A stretch of 63,991 nucleotides of DNA, filler included, from Asterionella formosa (taxonomy: Eukaryota), in the NCBI GenBank assembly GCA_002256025.1. It is 18 parts of 18 records of this genome, joined end to end, with 100 filler letters (N's around TTAATTAATTAA, not from the genome) between each part and the next. Parts side by side here need not be neighbours in the genome. Positions count along the whole stretch, not along the records: positions 1 to 30,099 come from NKIB01000902.1; 17 more parts are not named here. One strand, written 5' to 3'. Every line of letters begins with the position of its first letter. The stretch's first letter is position 1. A model generated the notes under the pieces. The model did not search any database, had not been told where the DNA came from, and worked only from the letters and a program-made list of their open reading frames with translations. Below are positions 11,634-22,646 of the stretch, in pieces. The translations under genes were made by a program, and so were the position numbers.

Positions 11634-14600
11634 ATGGCACCTCCTCCTCCTCGCTCTCGAGGTCGCCGACAGCGCACCGCGACCAAGCACTACACAGACG
11701 ACGATCCTGCCACATTTACAACGAAAGGATGTGAGGGCGGTGGCGTGATTGCCTCGTCGTCGTTGCTTCCGTCGTCGCTTCCATTGTCGCCATTCCTGAA
11801 GCGTTCCGGTGCCAGCAAGAAGCGCAAACGGCCGTCATCGTCACCGGATCAGCAACAGCAGCAGTATTATTCTATTACGCACACGGGTCGCTGCAGGCCC
11901 ATCGTGGAGGAGGAGTCAACAAATTCGACACCCAACAACGTCCGAATCAGTGAGGCTATTTTTGGCCGTGGCCTTGGTCCGCCCCCAGTGCTACCAAAGC
12001 CGCATTGGCAGTCTGTAGTGGCGGCCGGTAACAACATCACCTGCATCGGTCTCTCGGCAGATGAGTCCTATCTTGTGTTGGGACATGCCACTGGACAAGT
12101 AACTCTGTTCACCGCGACGCCTCGGTTGCTGGCCGTGGCGACCATTCGAACACTGGCACTGGTCAGGGAGGAGCAGAAACGGTCAGTGTCCTCATTATCT
12201 GACAACAACCAACATCACCATGAACAGAACAACAAAGTGGGAAGCAGAAAGTACGGCAAACAACGACTATTACATGATCATGAGGTGGAACTAGTGGCAA
12301 TAGCCATGTCGTCGGCGAAGTACGTAGTTCTTGCCACTCGCTTGGAATTGGAATGTTGGGATGCCGAGACCAACACATGTAGGTGGACACTGGCCCTAGA
12401 CGAGAATCAAGTACTCCAATGTCACGCCTTGGACATTCACTCCACGTCGAATCAAATATTGGCAAGTACTCTCATGACTCCTGCAGCAATAGACGCGGAA
12501 TCATCGCCGTTGTGTTGGCTGGACGACATGGCCAATAAAATAACTTTTCTGCCAATTGACAAGGAAGGAAATTCTATTCAATTTCACACCAAATGTACGG
12601 CCATTTGGGACAAGAGTCGTCCACACAGATTCTTGGTTGCTGGAGCAGTAGGCAACAGCATTATGCTGTTGCTCATTGATACTTCGACCGAAAACTCTAC
12701 TACTACCACTCAAGTCGTACAACAAGTTCAATTGCCACACAAAATGATCAAACAATTGAATGTGGAATCCTTGGTGCAATCACCAAATGGATCCTACACA
12801 CTCGTTGGATCAACTCGGGGGATACGACTTTTGGAAACTGACACGCTTGCAACACTTCAGGTGTATGGGGATAATTTTTCATTGCATGGACATTCCATCA
12901 TTTGGCAAACGGCATTCTTTCTTACTAAACAACAACAAAAACATACCAATAGTGAAAGTGGAAACAATAGCATCCATACTACTACAACAACAAGAACTAC
13001 TACTACTAATAAGAATGACGAGACAGAATGGAGGAATCAATCATCCGTATGGATTGTGGGGGTTCCCAACCGAAATCGACCACCGGCAGAATTGCACAAT
13101 GTATTACATATATGGGATGTTTTAGAGGGCAAGCATGTGGCACAAACGATGACAGGGCCAAATAAATGTGGCGGATTTACAAACATTGTACAATTCCAAA
13201 ATGGAACAGCACTATTGGCTGCAGTCAAATCAGGGGAATGTGTGACACTACAACAAACATTTCAAACAGACTTTGCTGGTATCATGTATCCACCAGGATA
13301 TCATATTATTGATGATAATTTAGAATACATTGAAGATGAAGATGAATGTGATATTATTATATCACCACAGCACCAACAACTAAAACAGGAAATACTGTCC
13401 AATGATAGCGACAATGATGACCATGATGATGTGGAAGCAGGAGACTTGGCCATGGCGATGCGATTGAGTATTTTAGAACAGCAGCAACATGCAGAAGAAG
13501 CAGAAGATGTTGATATACTCCATGATGGACTTGACAGCATCATGGTACCCTGTCGACCAGACATGACTCGACAGAACAACAACCAAACTATGGACGACAA
13601 CGATATTGATAAAGAAGAAGCGGGAGTTTCACCCAGTCGGCACTTGAAACATTTTGAGGAGGCAGCATCCTTCTTGGCCAATACGATGAAAAATATGCCA
13701 CATTGGAATGTTATGTTGACAGCTGAAAATAAATCATTCACCAAGGAAGAACCATCCGTAGACATTAAGCCAATGCCTTCACAAACAGTGCGCCAAAAAC
13801 GAACCAAAGCAGCAACATTGGAAGCACTTCGCCGAGCATCTTTGAATCCTAAATTGCGCAAGACTATGATTGCTATGGAATTATGGACTCAAGGGAAAGG
13901 GTCATCCCTGCAGCCGCCAGTGCAACAACAACAAGGTGACATCACAAACCAAACGGTTCACGTTGTTGATTCAAATATACAGGTCCATGTTAGCAGGTTG
14001 GATGGTTCCATCAACTCCATTCCCAAACTTGTGTCGCCATTAGATGGTGAATATCATGCTTTGGCTCCCGCAACGAAACCATGTAATGTTCCTTCAAAGT
14101 TTTATGGTACCGTTACTGGGCCGAAGGATACTAACCACTATGGGCATGTGCTATTGGGGAATAGTAGCCATGAGGAGTCTACAGGATTACCCCTTTTTCT
14201 GGATGATCTCCAAGGACTTGGAATGGACAGTGCGAGGCATAATTCAGGAAGCAACTGCATTGCATGCAGAGGAAGATGGGTAATTCATACTTGTGGAAAG
14301 CGTATAATTCCTGTTGACTATGACGAAGTTAAGCGAGCAGAGGAGGAACAGAAGTACCGGCAAGAAGAGGAATTAAAAAAAGAACGTGCAGCAAAGAGAA
14401 AGGTGGCTGATGCAAAGAGACGTATCATGAAAAAGAAAAAGAGGGCAGAGGAAGAAGCCATACGTATTAAGAAAGATGACCTACAACAACAACTGCTGCA
14501 GGATGAACGCAAACAAGAGGCTGAGTATCGTCGTCAGCATCACCCGCATCAAAACAAGGAACAGCGAAGGGCAGAAATGCTAGAACGCCTTCAACATGTC

Positions 14601-15593
14601 ATGGACGACGATCAGACTAGTTTTAGTCAACAACTGACCGCAACAGAGGCTTTTTTGAAAGCTCCAATTCAACAGGAGCATGAATCTAACTATACTTCAC
14701 TTGACCCACCGTTTCGACCATGCCATCTAGAATCTGTCCCCTTGACATCTTCTCCAGCTGTTGCGTCATTTTATCAGGATGAGCCATCATATCAACAGTC
14801 AACCACAGAATATTCAAATTTACCATATCCAGATGAGTCCGCTTATATTTCAGCATCCCCGCCAGTTACAACAGACGGAGTCGCGGTTTACGAGCAAATT
14901 CAAAGCGAGGTGAATGACGAGAATGCAGGTTCCCAGTCTGGGTATGAACAGGAAACGTATTCCAATGCTGAACTTTTGCAGGCTGCCACATATACTACAG
15001 ATAACGCCACCTCTTATTCGGAATTTGATCCAATTCAAGGTCATGGATACAGCAATGACAGCAGTGTTTACTCTGATCACCAACAAGTACCTGCTTATCA
15101 TGATGCTAGTGCCTCATATTCAACACTGGGTACTCATGCAGAGTATTCCTACCAGCATTCTGCCTACTTGTCGGCAACAACAACAACTGCACTGAATAAT
15201 ATGACCCCCTCCAGTTACTCACGAGAGCCCTATGGAACGCCCCCCTCAGACCAGATGGATGCCATTGATGCCTTAGCCGCACTGGCAAGTGTTGCAACTT
15301 CACGCAGTTTAGAATCATCAACTGGGAAAAATGGAATGACTTCATCACATCAACTGGAATTCACTATTAATAGTAGGAACAACAACTCCTATCACGATTA
15401 CAATTCAAATGAAAATCACACTGATGAAGGGGCAAGGTATCTCTCTGTGCAGAATGGATCATGGGAAAATGAAAATACCGCACTAGCATTCAGCAGTGGC
15501 ACAAATGGGCATGCCAATTTAGCAGATTCAGATGCAAAATCACAGTTTGCTGAAAGAAATCATGAGGGGTCAGATTCTTACCAGCAGAGATAG
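11634..15593 (+). CDS. RBBP5: Large divergent WD40 protein, RBBP5/Swd1-like (COMPASS subunit), with long low-complexity C-terminus
   Basis: 1319-aa ORF. WD-like N-terminal half (ITCIGLSADESYLVLGHATGQVTLF, LHIWDV) followed by FAGIMYPPGYHIIDDNLEYIEDEDECD, which resembles the RBBP5/Swd1 hinge (F.E..EN.EY.E.E.EFD), and an EDVDI segment like the WDR5-binding VDV motif. Confidence 0.65.
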   Translation: MAPPPPRSRGRRQRTATKHYTDDDPATFTTKGCEGGGVIASSSLLPSSLPLSPFLKRSGASKKRKRPSSSPDQQQQQYYSITHTGRCRPIVEEESTNSTPNNVRISEAIFGRGLGPPPVLPKPHWQSVVAAGNNITCIGLSADESYLVLGHATGQVTLFTATPRLLAVATIRTLALVREEQKRSVSSLSDNNQHHHEQNNKVGSRKYGKQRLLHDHEVELVAIAMSSAKYVVLATRLELECWDAETNTCRWTLALDENQVLQCHALDIHSTSNQILASTLMTPAAIDAESSPLCWLDDMANKITFLPIDKEGNSIQFHTKCTAIWDKSRPHRFLVAGAVGNSIMLLLIDTSTENSTTTTQVVQQVQLPHKMIKQLNVESLVQSPNGSYTLVGSTRGIRLLETDTLATLQVYGDNFSLHGHSIIWQTAFFLTKQQQKHTNSESGNNSIHTTTTTRTTTTNKNDETEWRNQSSVWIVGVPNRNRPPAELHNVLHIWDVLEGKHVAQTMTGPNKCGGFTNIVQFQNGTALLAAVKSGECVTLQQTFQTDFAGIMYPPGYHIIDDNLEYIEDEDECDIIISPQHQQLKQEILSNDSDNDDHDDVEAGDLAMAMRLSILEQQQHAEEAEDVDILHDGLDSIMVPCRPDMTRQNNNQTMDDNDIDKEEAGVSPSRHLKHFEEAASFLANTMKNMPHWNVMLTAENKSFTKEEPSVDIKPMPSQTVRQKRTKAATLEALRRASLNPKLRKTMIAMELWTQGKGSSLQPPVQQQQGDITNQTVHVVDSNIQVHVSRLDGSINSIPKLVSPLDGEYHALAPATKPCNVPSKFYGTVTGPKDTNHYGHVLLGNSSHEESTGLPLFLDDLQGLGMDSARHNSGSNCIACRGRWVIHTCGKRIIPVDYDEVKRAEEEQKYRQEEELKKERAAKRKVADAKRRIMKKKKRAEEEAIRIKKDDLQQQLLQDERKQEAEYRRQHHPHQNKEQRRAEMLERLQHVMDDDQTSFSQQLTATEAFLKAPIQQEHESNYTSLDPPFRPCHLESVPLTSSPAVASFYQDEPSYQQSTTEYSNLPYPDESAYISASPPVTTDGVAVYEQIQSEVNDENAGSQSGYEQETYSNAELLQAATYTTDNATSYSEFDPIQGHGYSNDSSVYSDHQQVPAYHDASASYSTLGTHAEYSYQHSAYLSATTTTALNNMTPSSYSREPYGTPPSDQMDAIDALAALASVATSRSLESSTGKNGMTSSHQLEFTINSRNNNSYHDYNSNENHTDEGARYLSVQNGSWENENTALAFSSGTNGHANLADSDAKSQFAERNHEGSDSYQQR

Positions 15594-16048
15594 AATGTAA
15601 CACAGATTTTGGTAGCAATGCGATATTCTGTACAAGAGCATCTCCACCCTATTGACTAAAAACCAATTGAAGCTGTAATGTAAAACCGCATCACTTGGTT
15701 GAATTTATTAAATCAATAGCACATAGTATTGGAGCACCATCAGGAAAAACGGTTGGATTGCATGACAAGGTCTCACATATGGACCATAGATTTGGACTGA
15801 GTCCATCTGCTGTCCAGCAAATGATGTATTTAGTGACTGGTGAGTTGACTGCAATCACCTTTAGCTATCTATAGTCGGGTGTCCTCCTAGAAAATAGTCA
15901 GGAGTAATACCTATTGATAGTATATCATTCTATTCTCACTACATACTACACAACAGTCCGTAATAACTTGTTCATGATCAGAACTGCAACAAACTTGAAA
16001 CCAGGACGAAGTTCGTGAAATCCTTCGACTCCGTTGTATAAGGACTTA

Positions 16049-18446
16049 GGGCCAATCTTAACAGAGAGGATACAAAAATCAAAAAAATGTTGCTCGGCCC
16101 AATTTTTTGTATCTCGCATATCTGGGTGATATGTTGCTTCCAGCAACACATTTTTTGTTGCTCCGAAATGTGTATCGCTGCAGATACAGCGTTAAGCAAC
16201 ACTAATTTTATAAATTTAATACATGTCATGTAATTAAATTAATCAGCAAAGACACCATTTTTATCTCTAACGGCAACAACAGAAATGAATTTTGGGAGGA
16301 GGGATTCTCGGCAGCAACTATTATTGTCACTAGCTGCTCATGGAATAATGCTTTTCATCACTTGTAAACAACTTGCGCAATGGCATCATTTGAATCTTTG
16401 GACATTGAAACATAATCTGCAGCAAGGAAACAGGATGACCAGTGGGTTGCAAGTATCACTCCTGCTGATTTTTTCATTGACAACGAAGAGTCTTTGACAA
16501 CGATAAAAGACATGCTCATTCAACAGATATCGCTACAACGACTTCGTCGTATTTGCACACTTGCCTCTCAAAGTTCCAATGCAGAATTTTTTCGAGCAAC
16601 TTTTCTTGTAAAACGAGAGAAGGAACATTATGGATGGTGTAAGTATGTACCGCGAAAAGTTAAAGGAAGCTCAAACTGAAGTAGCAAGCAATGAAGTGTC
16701 ACAAGCATGTGATGTTAAAGAGTATCAAGAGAATGTCAGTTTAGTTGAATATTTTTAAGTCAACCTTTTTGAAGCTATGGATGCACTGAACAAGAATTCT
16801 GTAGCTCTCTTACAAACAGCTGAAGAAAATGCATCTAATCATAATTAGGTTAACAATTATATTTCTACTTAGTTCTTGTTATTTCCTAATTCCTTCCAGT
16901 TGTAGTTGTATGCTACATTAATCCTATTTCAGTCAGTTCACACCATCGGCGCAACACATCAGCCGGAGGTTGCATAAACCCATTGTTGGTGACAACATCA
17001 AGAATAATTTGCCAAATCTGTGAAGTACCTTGTACTACATCCAACTTCCTCACAGTTGGAAGATAAGCCCACCCAAGAGGAGCATTGGGCATTGGATCAA
17101 CAAGCTCCTAACTATTCAGAAATTCCTTTCCATTAGCAAGTTCCTTCTTTTTATCATCATCCATGAGTAGGTAAAAATTGTGTAAGTGGGCACAAGCAGA
17201 AAGAATTGTAACTGATTTCTTCATCCTGAAGGACAAGGATGTCCTCAGGATCCTCCATTTATTGGTGAGCAATCCAAACGTCATCTCAATTCTGTGAAAG
17301 GAGATAGTTGTATGCATCTTTGTTTGTTGATTCCCTTTGACTTCCAACAAATGGACAGAGCACTTGATCAATCAATGTGTAAGCAGCATCACCTACTATG
17401 TATTGTCCTGGAAGAAGGTTGGATACAATCTGAAAAAGTTTTGTTCTTTCGAATGCCTTCTGATCTGTACATTTTCTTGGTGGTGCTATGACACCAAAGT
17501 ATAGGAAACAACAATTGCTGTCACAAACAGCTTGAACATTCAATCCATATGACATATAATGCCCAGACCAATATGCTTGAGGGAAGCCATAACAATCCTT
17601 TTTTCTTGGTTTAGAAATAGGCTGTAAATATCCATCTATAGCACCAATGCATCCACGAAATGGTTGCTGCTCGCTTTTTTCAAGGAATCCATTCATCACT
17701 TTGTGTTTCTCCTTGTTCGTTGTAGGGAATTTTATTGATAACGCTGTGCAGGAGTTCACCGCTTCAAGCAATGTGTTAGTGATGGCATAAACAGATGGAT
17801 AAGAAACTCTATAGACATGACAAATGTCCATGAGGTTTCCGCCTGCAAGCCAGCGAAGTCCAATGGCAAGGATCAACTCAGGATAAATGTGCTGATTTGG
17901 GCTGTATAAACCGGAACTTGCATTTGATTTTACAACATTAACTGTGATGGAAGGTCGAAGGAGTTCCAGTAGTTGATTGAAAGATTCAAGAGACATGCGA
18001 TATTCACGATGAAATCTGTTCTCATGAAGAAGCTTTGTGACATGTCCATTCCAGTCAATTCGTTGATGCTCCCATTTTGGAATTCGCACTGGCTTCGATT
18101 TTCGTTCACAGGACTCCAAAAATGATAATGCAACTGCTGCAATTAATAAAAAGCTTTCTTACTCCACTTTTATATCAAGATTGTCAATGACATCCCTACT
18201 GTCAGGTTCTTCCGGTCAATTTGTCATTGTCGTTACAGTAATGATAATTGTCAGACACATTGAATAATTGAAGTGCACATTAGAAGTATTTTTGCCGAGT
18301 CTGATGCACATGTTTGCAGAGGCATAAAGAAAACGGCTAACTGTTTTGCCATTACAGAGATATATTTGTGAAATGTATCTCTGTAAAGATTCATTTTTTT
18401 CTGAAGATACAACAAAAATAATTTGTATCTCTGTTAAGATTGGCCC
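16049..18446. mobile_element. PIF/Harbinger DNA transposon, 2398 bp, intact termini
   Basis: TIR GGGCCAATCTTAACAGAGA at 16049 and its reverse complement ending at 18446. TTA target-site duplication at 16046-16048 and 18447-18449. Encloses a Harbinger transposase. Confidence 0.93.
17108..18119 (-). pseudogene. Harbinger (DDE_Tnp_4-like) transposase, frameshifted near 17290
   Basis: FHREYRMS..F, LAIGLRWLAGG, CIGAIDG, LNVQAVCD and VGDAAY in one frame; RIEMTFGLLTNKWRIL..ACAHLHNF in another. No in-frame ATG at the 5' end. Confidence 0.88.
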
Positions 18447-20063
18447 TTACTAAGGTTGCAGCCCTGGCTTAACCCTAGTTTGGAGAAAAAATCGCTAGGA
18501 TTGTAGAAACGGCATGGAACAGGGAGCTTCCTACTACTATGAATTCCCATGATTTGAGTGTCCATTTGAATGTTTGAATTAAATAGGAATCGGCGCCAGA
18601 TTGATAGAGTTCCATTTTAAACAAAAATAATGATATTTAGAAGTATGCCAGCATGTATGCTCATGGTTCGTGTTTATATGTTATTGAACCATGGGACATC
18701 CCAAACAACCACCTCAACTGCCAGTGTCGAACCCATTTGGACAATGATGAATTCAATGATAAAGTCGAATATGCAATCAATGCAGCAACCGTTGCAATCT
18801 CCAACCACAACAATGCCAAGTAAAAATGCACTACAATCTTCATCTGCATCCATAGAATTTCAAACCCCAAAAATGAAAATCATGGTGACAATGAAAGCAG
18901 TAGTGATGATGAATAAGTCAAATGAATAAAGTTAATCTAAGTCTTTGAAACATTATTCTATGACTTAAAATGCATATATGTTAGCATGATGCTGCCAGTA
19001 GTAGTCATGTGATGATCATATCATCATCATCATCATCATCATCATGAGATGAAAGGAGAGGAGAGGAGAGGAAAGCCGCCATGGTCAGTGACTGAAAATG
19101 GTGAAATTATGAAAATTATTTACAATGAACAAGAGGAGGCGTAACACAAGCACAAGATGATGCCACATTGCTATGAAAATTTAACTGTTATAAATGATAG
19201 TAAAATTTTTATTTACTGTCAGATAACTAATCTTAAATAATTCGAGTATCAGAGCGCAATGATGATATTATATATTAAATCAGCACAGAATATTTGTGAT
19301 ATAATAGCTAGTTTTGGCATAAATTAATTTGTTATTTTGAAGCGCACCCAATATCAACTACAATGAACACGCTGTTCATGTTTATATGCCAAACTTAAAA
19401 AATACACTGTAGAGCTTGGTCTTTGAGTCTAAACCATAAACAGCTTCCATCCCGGAATCGCCCTTTCTAACAGAGTTACCCAGTTCATGATTTTCCAGCC
19501 AACAAACAAATGTTATTTACATATTTGAGTGTACTGAAAGTCAAAGACAGGAGCAATATTACTTCACAATTAATGGTGATGCTTTGTATTCTTGGTCCTT
19601 TGATGCATCCCATTTGACGTGGTGCGAAATATTAGTGGCACACTTTGATCAATGCTAATCTATTTTATAGGCTAATAGTTCATTCATTTTGTAAAATAAC
19701 ACCCAATTCGAACCATAACATGCAGGCTGATATGAGAGGCGCAAAATACAAGATCGAGTATATTGGTGCTCACCAGAAAATGGCAGTAGAATGTATCAGT
19801 AGTAGATTGCCTCAGTACCAGGTAGTATATTGCCTTGTCACCCTATAGCAGGAAGAAATTGTCTGAGGGAATGTTTCCTGTCATGTACAAGGAAATGTGG
19901 ATACATTGTAAAATGATATTGGTGCTGGTATGACATAATAGGGTAATTTTATGATCATTTATTATTAATGATGCACATTGCCTTATAGTAACTCAACGCC
20001 TACTATCGGAAAGGAACTGAAATGTGTTCCAATGCACATGGGCAACAGATATGGAGCGAACAG

Positions 20064-22646
20064 TTATAAATCTGCAGGGACTGAACCATTGAATAAATTG
20101 TTGCTCAAAAGTAGGCTATTGAGACTTGTGTTAAGTCCAGGCCATATCACAGCTGGCACTGTACCTGTGAGAGTATTGGAGGACAATAACAGTTCAGTGA
20201 GACTTGTCAAGAGTCCAATCTCTGTGGGAAGTGAGCCAGAGAAAGTGTTATAGGATAAATCTAGAGCAGTGAGACTTGTTAAGAGTCCAATCTCTGTGGG
20301 AAGTGTGCCAGTGAATGTATTGGAGTACAATAACAGTTCAGTGAGACTTGTCAAGAGTCCAATCTCTGCGGGAACTGTGCCATTGAATGTATTGTGGGAC
20401 AAATCTAGACCAGTGAGACTTATCATGAGTCCAATTTCAGTGGGAAGTGTGCCAGTAAAAGTACTGTAGGAAAAAGATAGACCAGTTAGATTTGTCAAGA
20501 GTCCAATTTCAGTGGGAAGTGTGCCATTGAAAGTGCTATAGGACAAAAATAAATCAGTGAGACTTGTCAATAGTCCAATCTGTGTGGGAAATATGCCTTT
20601 GAATGTATTGGACAAATCTAGACTAGTGAGACTTGTTAAGAGTCCAATCTCTGTGGGAAGTGTGCCAGTGAATGTATTGGAATACAATGACAGCTCAGTG
20701 AGACTTGTCAAGAGTCCAATCACTGTGGGAACTGTGCCATTGAATGTATTGTAGGACAAATCTAGACCAATGAGACTTGTCAAGAGTCCAATTTCAGCGG
20801 GAAGTGTGCCAGTAAAAGTACTGTAGGAAAAAGATAGACCAGTGAGACTTGTCAAGAGTCCAATTTCAGTGGGGAGTGTGCCATTGAAAGTGCTGTAGGA
20901 CAAATATAAATCAGTGAGACTTGTCAATAGTCCAATCTCTGTTGGAACTGTACCGTTGAATGAATTGGAGTACAAAGATAGACCAGTGAGACTTGTCAAG
21001 AGTCCTAGCTCTGTGGGAAGTGTGCCAGTGAATGTATTGGAATGCAATGACAGCTCAGTGAGACTTATCAAGAGTTCAATCACTGTGGGAACTGTGCCAT
21101 TGAATGTATTGTGGGACAAATCTAGACCAATGAGACTTGTCAAGAGTCCAATTTCAGTGGGAAGTGTGCCAGTAAAAGTACTGTAGGAAAAAGATAGACC
21201 AGTGAGACTTGTCAAGAGTCCAATTTCAGTGGGGAGTGTTCCATTGAAAGTGCTGTAGGACAAATATAAATCAGTGAGACTTGTCAATAGTCCAATCTCT
21301 GTTGGAAGTGTACCATTGAATGAATTGGAGTACAAAGATAGACCAGTGAGACTTGTCAAGAGTCCAATCTCTGTGGGAAGTTTGCCATTGAATGTATTGT
21401 GGGACAAATCTAGACCAGTGAGACTTGTCAAGAGTCCAATCTCTGGTGGAAGAGATCCTACAAGTTGAGAATAAGAAGGGGACAAATCTTTGATATCTGT
21501 CCCACCTTTACAATCTATTCTTTCCCAATCACAAAAATTGTATTGATAAGCAGTTCCATTAGTTTGCAACCATGCATTGATTGAAAGGGTTTCACCAGTG
21601 GCATAATAAAAAACTGCCAAGGCATACAATTGCAAAACAATATAGTCTGTGGCACTATTATATAGTGTCGACTGCTCCAACCACGCCAGTGCCTTTTGTT
21701 GTGAGGAGCCAGTAGTTGAAAGTGCTGTCCCATTATCAAATGAATGTACAGCCAAGAACCTAGCCAAGCTTTGAGACGAGCTTGCTGATGGATTATGTGA
21801 TGGTGTCAATGATGGAATACTGAATAGAGTTTCTGATGGAACCAATGATGGACTCGTAGAAACTGTAGTTGATGGACTTGGTGATAGACCTGCATTAGTG
21901 GCTGGAATAGGTGTAGTAGGACCCATTCCTAAAACCAGTGGAGTTGTAGGTGGTGCTGAAGTATTTGGTTCCGGCCTGGTGAAAACAACGGCAAGAACAA
22001 CTACAGTAACTAATAAGCAAGTCACCACAAATGCTGCCAACACTATCCACCCTTGACGGTTATGACACTGAGTTTTTCTTTCTGCTTCATAGTCAACAAT
22101 AGAGGCACTTGGAATTTCAGGATCATCTACAAGAACCGCATTGAGTAGTGTTGCAGGTACCTCGTTGGTGGCGCGAGCAGTGTCGATATCCAAAAGGGAA
22201 TCTTCGTGTGGAATGAATCCTGGTCCACTTACTGGAAATGCACCAGGACGAGATTGTTGTTGTGGTGCTGCCACAACATCTCGAGGCGGAACAAAGATAT
22301 GAGAGGAATCGTTGTCATCTTGAGGCAGAACTGAGGAGATTTCCTGCAGTGTAGTGGTGGCTTCCTGGTCATGGTCTTCCACTTTCGCCTCCTCTGCAAA
22401 CGGGACACCTTTGCTGGATTCAACTGAATTTTTCTTGGCATCTTGATGCACTTCTGCCGAATCCTCCAATACAGTGGCTTCCAGCTCTTCTTCTTTAGCC
22501 ACTTCTGCAAAAGGATGAGCATCGAGGCCAGCAGTTGCAAGAGAAGAATCAGACATTTTGGCAGAGACACCATTACTATCATTTGGATCCTTCTTCTTCC
22601 CCCGTCCACTAACACCATTCGTCTTGTTCTTGTTGCTTGACGGCAT
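20064..22646 (-). CDS. Type-II membrane LRR receptor-like protein (diatom-type), ~20 plant-like 24-aa LRRs
   Basis: Cytoplasmic N-terminus with PGAFPV motif, TM WIVLAAFVVTCLLVTVVVLAVVF, S/T/P stalk, QQKALAWL / QLYALAVFYYATG / CDWERIDC cap, then LxxLxLxxNxFxGTLPTEIGLLTS repeats. Confidence 0.9.
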   Translation of the reverse strand: MPSSNKNKTNGVSGRGKKKDPNDSNGVSAKMSDSSLATAGLDAHPFAEVAKEEELEATVLEDSAEVHQDAKKNSVESSKGVPFAEEAKVEDHDQEATTTLQEISSVLPQDDNDSSHIFVPPRDVVAAPQQQSRPGAFPVSGPGFIPHEDSLLDIDTARATNEVPATLLNAVLVDDPEIPSASIVDYEAERKTQCHNRQGWIVLAAFVVTCLLVTVVVLAVVFTRPEPNTSAPPTTPLVLGMGPTTPIPATNAGLSPSPSTTVSTSPSLVPSETLFSIPSLTPSHNPSASSSQSLARFLAVHSFDNGTALSTTGSSQQKALAWLEQSTLYNSATDYIVLQLYALAVFYYATGETLSINAWLQTNGTAYQYNFCDWERIDCKGGTDIKDLSPSYSQLVGSLPPEIGLLTSLTGLDLSHNTFNGKLPTEIGLLTSLTGLSLYSNSFNGTLPTEIGLLTSLTDLYLSYSTFNGTLPTEIGLLTSLTGLSFSYSTFTGTLPTEIGLLTSLIGLDLSHNTFNGTVPTVIELLISLTELSLHSNTFTGTLPTELGLLTSLTGLSLYSNSFNGTVPTEIGLLTSLTDLYLSYSTFNGTLPTEIGLLTSLTGLSFSYSTFTGTLPAEIGLLTSLIGLDLSYNTFNGTVPTVIGLLTSLTELSLYSNTFTGTLPTEIGLLTSLTSLDLSNTFKGIFPTQIGLLTSLTDLFLSYSTFNGTLPTEIGLLTNLTGLSFSYSTFTGTLPTEIGLMISLTGLDLSHNTFNGTVPAEIGLLTSLTELLLYSNTFTGTLPTEIGLLTSLTALDLSYNTFSGSLPTEIGLLTSLTELLLSSNTLTGTVPAVIWPGLNTSLNSLLLSNNLFNGSVPADL

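Noticed and set aside
19010..19075. (CAT)n and (GAGAG)n tracts; likewise (CA)n at 5210/6436/7935, (GAG)n at 44308, (TTCTG)n at 45917
   Set aside because: Ordinary microsatellites with no further structure.
15636..19590. GAGCATCTCCA (PIF/Tourist-like TIR) at ~15637 paired with TGGTGATGCTTTGTA at ~19574
   Set aside because: The partner is short and imperfect, there is no clear TSD, and no convincing internal transposase.
19978..21468. Repetitive + strand ORFs (MRLVKSPISVG...)
   Set aside because: Antisense shadows of the LRR repeats.
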